The notes under the pieces were generated by a model. That model was not told the DNA's origin. It was given only the letters and a program-made list of their open reading frames with translations, and searched no databases. DNA of 64,000 nt from an uncultured delta proteobacterium (GTDB lineage: Bacteria; Myxococcota_A; Polyangia; Polyangiales; Polyangiaceae), in the NCBI GenBank assembly GCA_963850305.1, contig CAWKKR010000007.1, forward strand, positions 1 through 64,000. Direction: 5' to 3'. A program made the translations under genes and the position numbers. Shown one piece after another: positions 32,090 to 41,436 of this stretch. Positions within the stretch are counted from its first letter, which is position 1. Every line of letters starts with the position of its first letter.

Positions 32090-32413
32090 ATGAAGGGCAG
32101 CCCCCGGGACCTTGGTCGAAGAATCGCCGCTCAGCGGCGGGGCGTCGGGCTGACGCAGGAGCAGCTCGCCGAGCGAGCGGGAGTCAACGTCAAAACAGTA
32201 CAAGGTGTCGAGCAAGGCCGAACCGAGCCGGAGCTCCGCACCGTCACACGGCTCGCGAAAGCGCTCGGAACCTCGATCGAAAACTTCGTGCCCCATACTG
32301 CGCCCTCGTTCGACGCTGTCATGCGACGTATGGAGGCCGACCTGCGCAGTCTGCCGCAGCCGCTCCTGGAGCACGTCGCCGCCGTAATTCGTGCGCTCGC
32401 GAAACGGAGCTGA
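32090..32413 (+). CDS. XRE-family HTH regulator
   Basis: RRGVGLTQEQLAERAGV...VEQGRTEP...LAKALG. Confidence 0.92.
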   Translation: MKGSPRDLGRRIAAQRRGVGLTQEQLAERAGVNVKTVQGVEQGRTEPELRTVTRLAKALGTSIENFVPHTAPSFDAVMRRMEADLRSLPQPLLEHVAAVIRALAKRS

Positions 32414-32630
32414 GTCGACAACGCCGGTGCGTGTCATGTTCGTCGCGGCGCACGTCCTGGCTGACCTTTATAGCGCTGCGTCGAGAATTGGAGCTCTGCT
32501 TCGCCGTGCCCAACAGCAGCATGACGATGCTGATTGATCCGTCCGTCCTGCTGCGTCCGCGTGACTTCAGAGAGCTGTTCAGCGATGCTGTTCGGATCGC
32601 TGCCGCTCCTCGGCGGCGGAGGAGGCACCC

Positions 32631-32783
32631 ATGGCGAAGAAACAATCATCACCGAAGATGTCGAAGCTCGCGTCCCAAGTCTTGAGCGGCAACAAGCGGC
32701 CGACCGCCGCCGATTCTCGGACACTGGCGGCGTCGGTGCTGAGCCAAGACGAAAAGGGCAAATCGAAACCCCGGAAGAAGTGA
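32631..32783 (+). CDS. 50-aa basic protein, not in the ORF track
   Basis: GGAGGAGG RBS then MAKKQSSPKMSKLASQVLSGNKRPTAADSRTLAASVLSQDEKGKSKPRKK*. Confidence 0.75.
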   Translation: MAKKQSSPKMSKLASQVLSGNKRPTAADSRTLAASVLSQDEKGKSKPRKK

Positions 32784-33123
32784 CGGGCGGGGCTGTAGTT
32801 GAGCTGCGCTCACGCGGCCTCCGTCGTCTTTGGCGCTCGACAAGCGGCGCGCTGGCGCGGTGCCTCTCGGGCACGGGCAATGCAGCCGGCGATGTCGACG
32901 ACGTGCCCGACGCCGTCGCGCAGCTTGAGCGCTGAGCTGCGCTCAGAGTTTTCCTAATAACTGCGGTCGAATCTGGGAGAACGCGAAGAGGAGCGGGACG
33001 CAGCAGCGAGGAGGAGGAACGCGACCGAATCGCGTGCGAGGATCGTGGGCGGCTCTCTCTTCCGGCGGCCTGGCAACACATCTTGACGGATGAGTGAAAC
33101 CATCAGGTAAACTCCGGACCGAG

Positions 33124-33228
33124 CGGCCTCGGTTCGGGTGCACCGTGCAATCTCTCCCCCGAGATTCGGCTCAAGTCGAGGCCGCTCACTCGATCTGAGT
33201 GTTCTGGTATTCTCCGCGACCCATGCTC
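33124..33228 (+). repeat. 105-bp direct repeat, copy 1 (structured)
   Basis: Matches 33836..33940; the first 64 bp are identical and I count 6 mismatches overall. Confidence 0.95.
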
Positions 33229-33385
33229 AGGCATGGTGCCTCGTCGGTCCGACGGCGGGCGGTATTGAGGATGCGGGGCACCACTAGCTCTGGCGCGGTC
33301 TTCTCTCCATGGCCCCGTTCCCGTTCGGAGTTTCGGGATCTTCTTCCGGACCGCTCGGGGATCTGTATCTTGGTCGGCCCCTTCG

Positions 33386-33781
33386 ATGGCCGAGCGTCCT
33401 GCCCGTCCGTTTCCGTTCGACGAAGTGGACGACCTCGTTGCGATCCTGCGGGTGGTGTACTGGCAAGAGAAACAGAAGCGGAACCCGAGCACGCGGAGTC
33501 TTGCGGTCATCAGGACGATCGCCGAAGAATTGAAGCAGGCGGCGGCGTACGCTCAAGGGCACGAGCCTGGGTCACCAATCGTCGAGAGAGCTCTGAAGAT
33601 GGCCGACGCAGCCACCCTCAAGATCGAGCACGTTCACTTTCCGGAAATTCGTCACGTGGACGACCCGGCGAACCCGCTCATCACGTCAGCCGTCGCCCGC
33701 ATTCAGAAGAACGAGAAGCCTCCCAAGAAGCATGAAGAGAGTCTCGGGGAGATGCTCGAACGGCACCGGAAGTTCCGGTGA
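33386..33781 (+). CDS. Helical hypothetical protein lying between the two repeats
   Basis: 131-aa ORF with normal protein composition (PFPFDEVDDLVAILRVVY...). Confidence 0.75.
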   Translation: MAERPARPFPFDEVDDLVAILRVVYWQEKQKRNPSTRSLAVIRTIAEELKQAAAYAQGHEPGSPIVERALKMADAATLKIEHVHFPEIRHVDDPANPLITSAVARIQKNEKPPKKHEESLGEMLERHRKFR

Positions 33782-33835
33782 TCCGCTGGTACGCGACCGA
33801 GCCGTCGAGGATCTCGACGATGGCGCCATCGACGA

Positions 33836-33940
33836 CGGCCTCGGTTCGGGTGCACCGTGCAATCTCTCCCCCGAGATTCGGCTCAAGTCGAGGCCGCTCC
33901 CTCGATCCCAGTGTTCTGGCAATCTCCGCGACCCGTGCTC
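33836..33940 (+). repeat. 105-bp direct repeat, copy 2
   Basis: Matches 33124..33228. Confidence 0.95.
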
Positions 33941-34044
33941 GGGGGTAAACGGGGAACACCCGGGACGTGATGTACCTGAGGTACTGGAACGGTACCGAAA
34001 CGGTTTACCCCAAAACGCCGCAAAGAAGCCAGGTAGAGAGCCGT

Positions 34045-34077
34045 GCCGTACCCACGCTGTACCCACGCCGTAGCCAG
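34045..34077. repeat. Three tandem 11-bp units within a GTAC-rich intergenic stretch
   Basis: GCCGTACCCAC, GCTGTACCCAC, GCCGTAGCCAG. Confidence 0.75.
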
Positions 34078-34403
34078 GTCGAGAGCCCGCTATGTACCGA
34101 GTACCGAAATAACGCCCCGAGCCTCAGGACGGTCTGAGGTGGGTCGATCGGGCTCGCAAACTTTGTCTGATACCGGGATATTATTGGACACTGCAGTCCC
34201 GCAGAACTGCACGCCTTTCCCTCACTGCCCCTGCCACCTCACTCGGCACGCACCACCCTTATCGGGACAAGGTTCGGAGAAGTTGCGTGAAGTGGTATCG
34301 CGGGCTCCGGAAGCCGCTTGTCCGATAATATCTATTCTCGGACAACGACCGCGGGCGGGAAGGGCGCCTTGTCTGAGCGGGAGACATCACGATTCCGCTG
34401 TCC

Positions 34404-35192
34404 GTGGCGAAGTACGCCTTCGCACGAGAAGAGCGCGCAAAACAGAAGAAACCCGGAAAGGGCAGCACCCCGTCGTCGGGCCCGGCCTCCGCGGGGGCGC
34501 GGCGGTCGGCACGGATGGGTGCGCTGTCGACCGCGTCGCGCTACCGTGAACCTCGATGCGGGAAGAGGCGAAGCGAGATGGCAGCACCAGAACCTCTCTG
34601 TCGCCCTCGCACGAGGAATGGGAGAAGTCGTTCGAAGCGCACTTCGGGCGGGCATGGGACGCATCTTTGAAGGAGCAGGTTCTCGCCGCCGTCCGCACAC
34701 GCACCGACGCCGTCCTGTTGTTCCGTGAAATCGAGCGTGTGGTCGTCGGCGCCGCCGCGCTCAAGCGCATGCTGGACGGTGTGCCGCCCCCCCGAGAGGA
34801 GTTGCCACCGGTGTTTCTTCCCGATCGAAAGCACGACGAACGCTACTTGCTGGTGTGGGCTTTCGAGGAGGGCCTTGTGCCCTTCGCGTCGGGCCCCGGT
34901 CTCCCCCCGGGCACTCGCCGTTGTCAGCCTTCTCATGGGGTACGACCAAGGTTCCCAGGACGACGGCGCCGTCGAGAGAGCGCAGTCACGCATGAAGAAG
35001 ACTCGCGGACGGTACCGTCGGGACCGCGCTCCGGCCACGACGGAAACCATGCAACGCCTTGCTCAGGCTCGCGCGTGGCGCGGGCAACTCGAAGAACCAG
35101 TGCGCCAGGCGCTCGACGCGCTCATGCGGATGTTCGAGGGGACGATTCACCAGAACGAAAGTGTCCCCGTAGGGACGGTCTCCCACCGCTGA
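34404..35192 (+). CDS. Hypothetical protein, frameshifted
   Basis: Protein-like pieces in successive frames (EEWEKSFEAHFG..., RYLLVWAFEEG..., ALAVVSLLMGY...) upstream of xis. Confidence 0.5.
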
Positions 35193-35350
35193 ATTGGCAC
35201 CTCCCGCGCTACGTCGCGCGTTGCCAGACTGAGCGTCGATGGCAAACGACGAGCAAAAAGTCGACGGGGCGCGGTACGTGTTCGTTCGCCCGAGCGCGCT
35301 AATTCGTCGTGTCACGCAGGCGCCCGAATCGTGTCATCAGTCGCCCCCTG

Positions 35351-35617
35351 ATGCCGGTGACCATCATGTGTGAGCAGCCGCCGCACGAGCCGACGCCAGA
35401 CTCACCCCACGGTCGGTGGCTCACCTACGCCGAAGCCGCCGTCCACTGCCGCTGGTCCGTCGCGTACCTGCGAAATCTCGTCAGCGCCGGCCGGATCCCG
35501 GTCTACGGCAAGCCGCGCGTGCGTCGGTTCCGGCGGGACATGCTAGACCTGTTCCTGACAGACCCAGATGCCGCGATGCGCAGGTTCCGCGCGGAAAGGA
35601 ACCGGCATGGCGGTTAG
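35351..35617 (+). CDS. Excisionase-like HTH protein
   Basis: WLTYAEAAVHCRWSVAYLRNLVSAGRIP...RFRRDMLD; overlaps the integrase start. Confidence 0.88.
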   Translation: MPVTIMCEQPPHEPTPDSPHGRWLTYAEAAVHCRWSVAYLRNLVSAGRIPVYGKPRVRRFRRDMLDLFLTDPDAAMRRFRAERNRHGG

Positions 35618-36731
35618 GAAATTGCAGAAGTCATGGACATTCGACTTCACCATCTCCGGCTTCGGACGGCAGCGACAAGGAGGTTTCACGACCAAAGCCG
35701 AAGCGGTGCTCGCGGAGAAGCGTGCTCGGGAGGTTCTTCTCTCGGGCGCTCGGCGTCTCGTCTTCCGCGACGGGTACGCCGAGTACATGGCAGCGACGCG
35801 AATGAAGGACCGGTCCAGAGATTCTTGCGAGCATCTCTGGAAACGGATCGAGCCCGAGCTCGGCCACCTCTACGTGGAGGAGATCGATACCTCGGCGCTG
35901 GATGCCTTCAAGCGCGCGCTTCCCGCTCACCTCGGGCCGAGGTCGATCAATCATCACCTGATAGTCATCCGCGCAATGCTGCGCTTCCTGTGGAAGCGCG
36001 GCCAGCTTCGGAACGTTCCCTACGTTCCGATGGAATCCGTGACCAGGCCGCACGTGGACTGGTACACCAAGGAGGAGAGGGACCAACTGCTCGCGGGGAT
36101 CTTCCGCCTCGAGCCGCAGTGGTACCTGTTCTTCTATCTCACGGCGCGGCTCGGTCTGCGCACGGGAGAGGTGTACGCGATCGCGCATCGTCAGTTCCGC
36201 CGGGAGCCGCCCAGGCTCGTGGTGGATCAAGCAGTGCAGCGCGGGCTCAAGACGAGAGACGCCATGCTCGTCCCGCGCAAGAACGACGAGGCGTACGTGC
36301 TCGATCTCACGACGGACATTCTGGACGCCGTGGATTGGCACGTGAAGGCGGGTTACTCGGGAAAGGAATTTCTTTTCTCGAAGGACGGCGCCTTCCCTCG
36401 GTACATCGACAGCCACAAGCGACCACTGAAGCTCGTGCAGCAGAAGCTCGGACTCCGATTGCTCAGCCACCACAAGTTGGGGCGGCACTCGGTGGCGAGC
36501 CAAGCGGTGACGGGCGGCGAATCCGTGAAGGCCGTCCAGGCCCAGCTCGGGCATCGGTCCGAGCAGAGCACGCACCAGTACGCGCACCTCGGGAGCGGCG
36601 CTCAGCGCCGTCTCGTCGAGGCGCTCAAGCCGGCGCGGGCTCCTCACGAATCAGCGCCAAAAAACGGTCACGGCAACCTGGCGTCAACGGCGGCGAGAAC
36701 GCGCCTCGACGACGGTTCGACGCTTCACTAA
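35607..36731 (+). CDS. Tyrosine recombinase/integrase
   Basis: GLRTGE (R), RKN (K), HKLGRH (HxxR variant), LGH (H), QYAH (Y); N-terminal GFTTKAEA arm-binding-like region. Confidence 0.95.
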   Translation: MAVRKLQKSWTFDFTISGFGRQRQGGFTTKAEAVLAEKRAREVLLSGARRLVFRDGYAEYMAATRMKDRSRDSCEHLWKRIEPELGHLYVEEIDTSALDAFKRALPAHLGPRSINHHLIVIRAMLRFLWKRGQLRNVPYVPMESVTRPHVDWYTKEERDQLLAGIFRLEPQWYLFFYLTARLGLRTGEVYAIAHRQFRREPPRLVVDQAVQRGLKTRDAMLVPRKNDEAYVLDLTTDILDAVDWHVKAGYSGKEFLFSKDGAFPRYIDSHKRPLKLVQQKLGLRLLSHHKLGRHSVASQAVTGGESVKAVQAQLGHRSEQSTHQYAHLGSGAQRRLVEALKPARAPHESAPKNGHGNLASTAARTRLDDGSTLH

Positions 36732-36740
36732 GCAGAAACG

Positions 36741-36766
36741 AAAAACCCCTGGCTTAACCAGGGGTT
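36741..36766 (-). terminator. Intrinsic terminator downstream of the tRNA, possibly also serving int
   Basis: Stem AACCCCTGG/CCAGGGGTT with a 5-nt loop, ending in a T-run on the minus strand. Confidence 0.8.
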
Positions 36767-36785
36767 AGACTCCTCACTTACTTTG

Positions 36786-36859
<74 letters not shown>

Positions 36860-37049
36860 CGCGGAAGATAGTCGGGGGGGCCGTCGTGTCAAGGGTTTCG
36901 CGGCGTTAGACGCGGCTTCTGCGCCTGCGGGACGCGAGGGTGGTTCGCGGCCTTCCAGAAGGCCGTTTCGGACGTTTCTGCGAGAGCGGCGCAGAACGGC
37001 CTCGGACCGTCTTGGACCCGCGGCAGCGGGTCGGGGGTATACGGGGCTC

Positions 37050-38186
37050 GTGGCGGCGATTTTTCTCGATGCACATTCGACGACGCCGGTCGATGCGCGC
37101 GTCGTCGAGGCGATGCTGCCGTACTTCACTGAGAAGTTCGGAAACGCGGCGAGCCGGACGCACGCGTTCGGCTGGGCGGCAGAGTCGGCGGTGCAGCAGG
37201 CACGCGAGACGATCGCGTCGAGCATCGGCGCTCGCGCGAAGGAGATCGTTTTCACGTCGGGCGCGACGGAGAGCGACAACCTGGCCATCAAGGGTGTGGT
37301 CGAAGCCGCCGGCGCTGGGGCGCACGTCGTGACCACGGCCATCGAACATCACGCGGTGCTGGATCCCTGCCGGCGGCTCGAGTCGCTCGGGATCGGGCTC
37401 ACGGTCGTTCCAGTCGAACCGAACGGGATCGTGGACCCGGCAAAGGTCGCGTCCGCGATCACGGAGCGCACGGTGCTCGTCAGCGTGATGCTGGCGAACA
37501 ACGAGGTCGGCACGGTCCAGCCCATCGCCGAAATTGGGGGACTCACGCGAGCACGCCGCGTTCTGCTTCACACGGACGCAGCGCAAGCCGTGGGGCGTGT
37601 GGCCATCGACGTGGACGCAATGGGTGTCGATTTGCTTTCGATGAGCGCACACAAGATCTACGGGCCGAAGGGGGTGGGCGCGCTGTTCGTTCGAAGGCAG
37701 GCTCCGACTGTCCATCTGACCGCGCAGATGGACGGCGGGGGTCACGAACGCGGGCTGCGGTCGGGGACGCTGAACGTGCCGGCCATCGTCGGCTTCGGGA
37801 AAGCGAGCGAGTTGATGCACGCCGACCCGAGCGAATCCGCTCGCATGGCGGCGCTCCGCGATCGTCTCCTGGAGAACCTCCGTCGCGAACTCGACGGTGT
37901 GGAGCTGAACGGCGACGCAACGCATCGACTCGCAGGGAACCTGAACGTGTCGTTCGCTGGTGTGTCGAGCGATGCGCTCATCGGCAGGCTCCCGGATGTC
38001 GCTGTCTCGTCGGGCTCCGCTTGCACGAGCGCGAGTCTCGAACCGAGTTACGTGCTGCGCGCGATGGGGCTCGGGGACGAACGCGCTCGCTCCTCCATTC
38101 GCTTCGGTATCGGTCGCTTCACGACCGGAGAAGACATCGAACGTGCGACGGAGCGCGTGGTCGCCGCCGTTCGAGCGCTCCGCTAG
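37050..38186 (+). CDS. iscS: Cysteine desulfurase (IscS/NifS family)
   Basis: LDAHSTTP, FTSGATESDN, HTDAAQ, SAHKIYGPKG, SSGSACTS. Confidence 0.93.
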   Translation: MAAIFLDAHSTTPVDARVVEAMLPYFTEKFGNAASRTHAFGWAAESAVQQARETIASSIGARAKEIVFTSGATESDNLAIKGVVEAAGAGAHVVTTAIEHHAVLDPCRRLESLGIGLTVVPVEPNGIVDPAKVASAITERTVLVSVMLANNEVGTVQPIAEIGGLTRARRVLLHTDAAQAVGRVAIDVDAMGVDLLSMSAHKIYGPKGVGALFVRRQAPTVHLTAQMDGGGHERGLRSGTLNVPAIVGFGKASELMHADPSESARMAALRDRLLENLRRELDGVELNGDATHRLAGNLNVSFAGVSSDALIGRLPDVAVSSGSACTSASLEPSYVLRAMGLGDERARSSIRFGIGRFTTGEDIERATERVVAAVRALR

Positions 38187-38220
38187 AGAGCGCCGCCTCG
38201 CATAGACCCAGCGCTCGAGC

Positions 38221-39267
38221 TCACGGACTTCCGACGGATACGCACAGGCCGTCGGTGCTGTGCACTCCGCCGGAATCCGTCGTCGTCAGATTGCTGATCG
38301 CTTCGCCGCCGGCCTTCTCTCCGTCGGTGTAAAGGAGTGCGACGCACATCTCTTCGCTCCCATTGCCATAGACGAGGGTCTGACTCGTGGGGTTCTGGTA
38401 GTCGCACGTGATGGCGAGCCCGCTCGCGCCGGTGATCGCAATGGGCGGAGAGAACGTCTGACCCACGCTATTTCCGATCGTTCCCTTGGAGTCCAGGATG
38501 GACGTGCCGTCCATCGGCCCGCCCGCTACGTCGATGACGAACTCCTGTCCGTACGAGTGAAAGTGCGGAAGGATGTAGTAAACGTTGAAGTTCGGTTGCG
38601 GCGTCGCGCACTGCATGCGTGCCTGGGTCTGCATGCCGGGCGGGATGTCGAGCGCGAGATTGGTGAAGGCCATCGGCTGGAGCGTCGTGATGACGGAACT
38701 CTGCGGGATGGTGTAGACGTCCAGGTGGAGGCTCGTCGTCGCGTCGTCCTCCGAGGTGTTCAAGAGGTGGACGTCTCCGATGATGCGCGCGTGCGCGGGA
38801 ACCTGAAACGCTGTGCCCGGAGGAAACCCTTGCGTATCCGATAACGCCTGGGTGGATTGTGCGAAGAACACCCCGCCTGACGCGCCTGCCGCTACCTCGT
38901 CGAAGCTGCGGTCCGAACAATTCCACGTGCCGTCCGCACCCGTGTACATCGTGTCCGGCACCCAGATCCAGTTCGAGTGATGGAACTTTCCGCCGTTCTT
39001 CTCCACGATCGTGTTGACGTAGAAGGGGGCATCGTTGTTCAGCGTCCAGCTCTGACAGAGTCCGACGATTTCCTGGCTCGCGTCGACGACGACCGGGTCG
39101 AACGTGTGCGAGAACGCCGGCGTCAGCGCCGCCAGCGCCCCGCTATCCGTCGCATTCCCGCCGTCGGTCGGCGTCGAGCCACTGGGCGAAGAGCCCGGCT
39201 GGCTCGTGTTGCCGCATGCGGCGACGCAGATGACCAGCGTCAGTGTCGCAAACCGGTGCGCGTGCAC
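38221..39267 (-). CDS. Lipoprotein resembling copper type II (PHM/DBH-like) monooxygenases
   Basis: Lipobox VAAC; HHSNW, DVHLLN, PHFHSYG, EEMC. Confidence 0.75.
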   Translation of the reverse strand: MHAHRFATLTLVICVAACGNTSQPGSSPSGSTPTDGGNATDSGALAALTPAFSHTFDPVVVDASQEIVGLCQSWTLNNDAPFYVNTIVEKNGGKFHHSNWIWVPDTMYTGADGTWNCSDRSFDEVAAGASGGVFFAQSTQALSDTQGFPPGTAFQVPAHARIIGDVHLLNTSEDDATTSLHLDVYTIPQSSVITTLQPMAFTNLALDIPPGMQTQARMQCATPQPNFNVYYILPHFHSYGQEFVIDVAGGPMDGTSILDSKGTIGNSVGQTFSPPIAITGASGLAITCDYQNPTSQTLVYGNGSEEMCVALLYTDGEKAGGEAISNLTTTDSGGVHSTDGLCVSVGSP

Positions 39268-39335
39268 GAGCCGCAGGTTATCAAGGCGGCTCTCCCGACG
39301 CCACGGGGCGGCCCCGCGTGCGATGCCGGGCTGCG

Positions 39336-39647
39336 TCAGAGACTCGCGTCGGGCGCGTCGAGGACGAGTGGCGCGAGCGCCAGGTTGGCTTCCGAACGCG
39401 CTCGGCGCATGTGCGGTATCGCGGGATTCCCGTGGGGTCGCGCGGGTTCGTCGTCGAAGAGGCGGCGCTGGAGGCGCTCGGCGGCATCGAGAAGATCCTG
39501 GCCGGCCTCACGCGCTGCGGGCGTGCCGAGAATGGCGCGCAGGTGTTCCAGGCCCGTGTGGCGCCCGAGCGGCACGAACGCGAACGCATAGAGCGCGAGA
39601 AACAGTACGGCGAGATCGATCGCCCTTCGGCCGAAGATGCCGAGCAC
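39336..39647 (-). CDS. Small membrane hypothetical protein
   Basis: One TM helix, then FVPLGRHTGLEHLRAI. Confidence 0.6.
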   Translation of the reverse strand: MLGIFGRRAIDLAVLFLALYAFAFVPLGRHTGLEHLRAILGTPAAREAGQDLLDAAERLQRRLFDDEPARPHGNPAIPHMRRARSEANLALAPLVLDAPDASL

Positions 39648-39692
39648 GGGCGCATGGTAGTCCGGGGCTGCGGACAGGCGAAATTCCCAGCG

Positions 39693-41054
39693 TTATCGAA
39701 GTGCCCGTACTCGGAACAAGCCGAAGCCGGCGTCGGTAGCGACGACGTCGGCGATCTCGCTCGCGACGCCGTCGTGCGGTCGCGCCGCCACGAACCAGGT
39801 CGCGTCGCTCGCCGAGAGCCGGGCGCGGAGGGTCATCGCGTCGACGAATGGGTTTGCCGCTCGCGCGTGCCGCGGGTCGCGGTCGTCGAAGGGGGCGGCT
39901 CGCTCGGGCGCGCCGAATGCGGCGATCACGGCGAAGTATCCATAGTCGGGCGTGTCGACGAGGAGTCGGTCCGCCGCAGGGAGCAGGCGATGTGCCTCGG
40001 CGCCGATGGCTCGCTCGGGTCCGCGCGGCGCCAGGGAGTCGGCAGGCACTTCACTGCGGATGACGAACCCGACGACGCACGCGACCGCAGTGGGCGCGGC
40101 GAGCTTCGCCACGCGCGCCGATTTCGCTGCAAGGACGAGCGACTCGGATGCGACCAGAGCGAGCCCGGTCCACAACGGCAAGAGCAAGCGCTCGTCGTGA
40201 TGAGTGGGCGCGCCGTCCATGATCCGCCCCAACAACAAGAATCCGAGGATCGCCGAGAACACGAGGGCGGGACGCTTCCAGGCTCGGAGCGCCTTGCGAT
40301 CGGAAACGAATGCCGCCGCGACGACGACGGTGCCGGCAATGGACAGCTCCGGTTCGGCACGGAAGAAAGCGATGGGGTAGGCGAGGAGCGCCGCGGTGAG
40401 CGCCTCGTGGTCACCGAGAGCGCGACGGTACGCGGTGACACGATGGAGAAAGAAGAAAGCGTCGCCATGGGAGACCGCGCCGTGGACGATCCACGCGGCG
40501 GCCGGAACGATGGCGATGAGCGCGGAGGCCGCTCGGCCTGCTCGACGTGAGGAGGCATCACGGAAGGCGTCGAGGAGCGCAAGGGCGGCGAACGCGGCGG
40601 CAGCGGGCCACGCATCGTATCGGCAGAGAGTCGCGGCGCCGAGGGCGAACGCGCCGGCGACCCGAGTCGGACCGTCCACGCGCGTTGCCAGAGCACCGAA
40701 GACGACGAGCGCGGCCGTGATCGCTTCGGGCTGGAAGGAGACGCCCAGGCGCGCGGCGGTCGGCGTCACCGACGCTACCAGGGCACCGAAGAAGGCGCCC
40801 TCGGGAGACGCTCCCGAGGCACGCGCGGCCCGATGCACGAGGAGCGCGGCTGCGACTCCAAGCGCGACGGCGAGTGCGCGCGCGACGCCGAGTGAACGAC
40901 CGAAACCCGACATGAATGCGCCGGTCACGAGGAACGGCAACGGGAGCCAGCTGGTCCCGCTCGGATCGAGCGTGGGGTGAGCGACGAACCTTTCGGCGAT
41001 GACGACGCGGGAGAAGGCGTCGTCGCTCAGCGCGACGAAACCCGTCGCGAGCAC
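39693..41054 (-). CDS. Polytopic membrane protein, GT-C (ArnT/PMT-like) glycosyltransferase candidate; the true start is probably slightly upstream
   Basis: SDDAFSR, WLPLP and CRYDAW motifs with many TM segments. Confidence 0.65.
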   Translation of the reverse strand: MLATGFVALSDDAFSRVVIAERFVAHPTLDPSGTSWLPLPFLVTGAFMSGFGRSLGVARALAVALGVAAALLVHRAARASGASPEGAFFGALVASVTPTAARLGVSFQPEAITAALVVFGALATRVDGPTRVAGAFALGAATLCRYDAWPAAAAFAALALLDAFRDASSRRAGRAASALIAIVPAAAWIVHGAVSHGDAFFFLHRVTAYRRALGDHEALTAALLAYPIAFFRAEPELSIAGTVVVAAAFVSDRKALRAWKRPALVFSAILGFLLLGRIMDGAPTHHDERLLLPLWTGLALVASESLVLAAKSARVAKLAAPTAVACVVGFVIRSEVPADSLAPRGPERAIGAEAHRLLPAADRLLVDTPDYGYFAVIAAFGAPERAAPFDDRDPRHARAANPFVDAMTLRARLSASDATWFVAARPHDGVASEIADVVATDAGFGLFRVRALR

Positions 41055-41118
41055 CCCGAGCGAGACGGCAATCTTGATCGCTCCGAGGAGCGCGACGGCG
41101 CCGCGGCCGCGGAAGAAA

Positions 41119-41433
41119 TCACTTCTTGGCAGGGCTCTCGTGGTGCGCGTGGTGGGTCTTGTGCGGGTGCTTCGCCTTAAGCGAGTCGTCGGTCGACGAC
41201 GAAATGTACGCGAGCACGATGCTCGTCAGAAAAAATAGCGTGGCGAGACTCCACGTGGCGCGCGTCAGGAAGTTGCCGGCTCCGCGCCCGCCGAACACTT
41301 GCTGCGTACCCGCGCCGCCCAGGGCGGCCGTGAGACCGCCGCTCTTCCCCGGTTGAATCAGGATGATCAGAATGAGGACGAGCGCACAGAGGACGTGCAG
41401 GACGGTGAGAGGAGTTTCGAGAATGTCCAGCAT
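41119..41433 (-). CDS. secG: Preprotein translocase subunit SecG
   Basis: ILIQPGKSGGL...FG.RGAGNFLTRAT; follows tpiA. Confidence 0.95.
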   Translation of the reverse strand: MLDILETPLTVLHVLCALVLILIILIQPGKSGGLTAALGGAGTQQVFGGRGAGNFLTRATWSLATLFFLTSIVLAYISSSTDDSLKAKHPHKTHHAHHESPAKK

Positions 41434-41436
41434 GGT

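Larger units (their letters stand above)
1..36785. mobile_element. Integrative genomic island (defence and accessory cargo) inserted at tRNA-fMet; left end lies outside the window
   Basis: Excisionase and tyrosine integrase lie directly beside the tRNA 3' end. Cargo is defence, IS and resolvase genes, and housekeeping genes resume right of the tRNA. I saw no second copy of the tRNA 3' end in the window. Confidence 0.75.

Noticed and set aside
33103..34066. Minus-strand ORFs sharing the peptide SGLDLSRISGERLHGAPEPRP
   Set aside because: This is a by-product of the 105-bp DNA repeat. Most differences change amino acids, and the ORFs overlap a better plus-strand gene.
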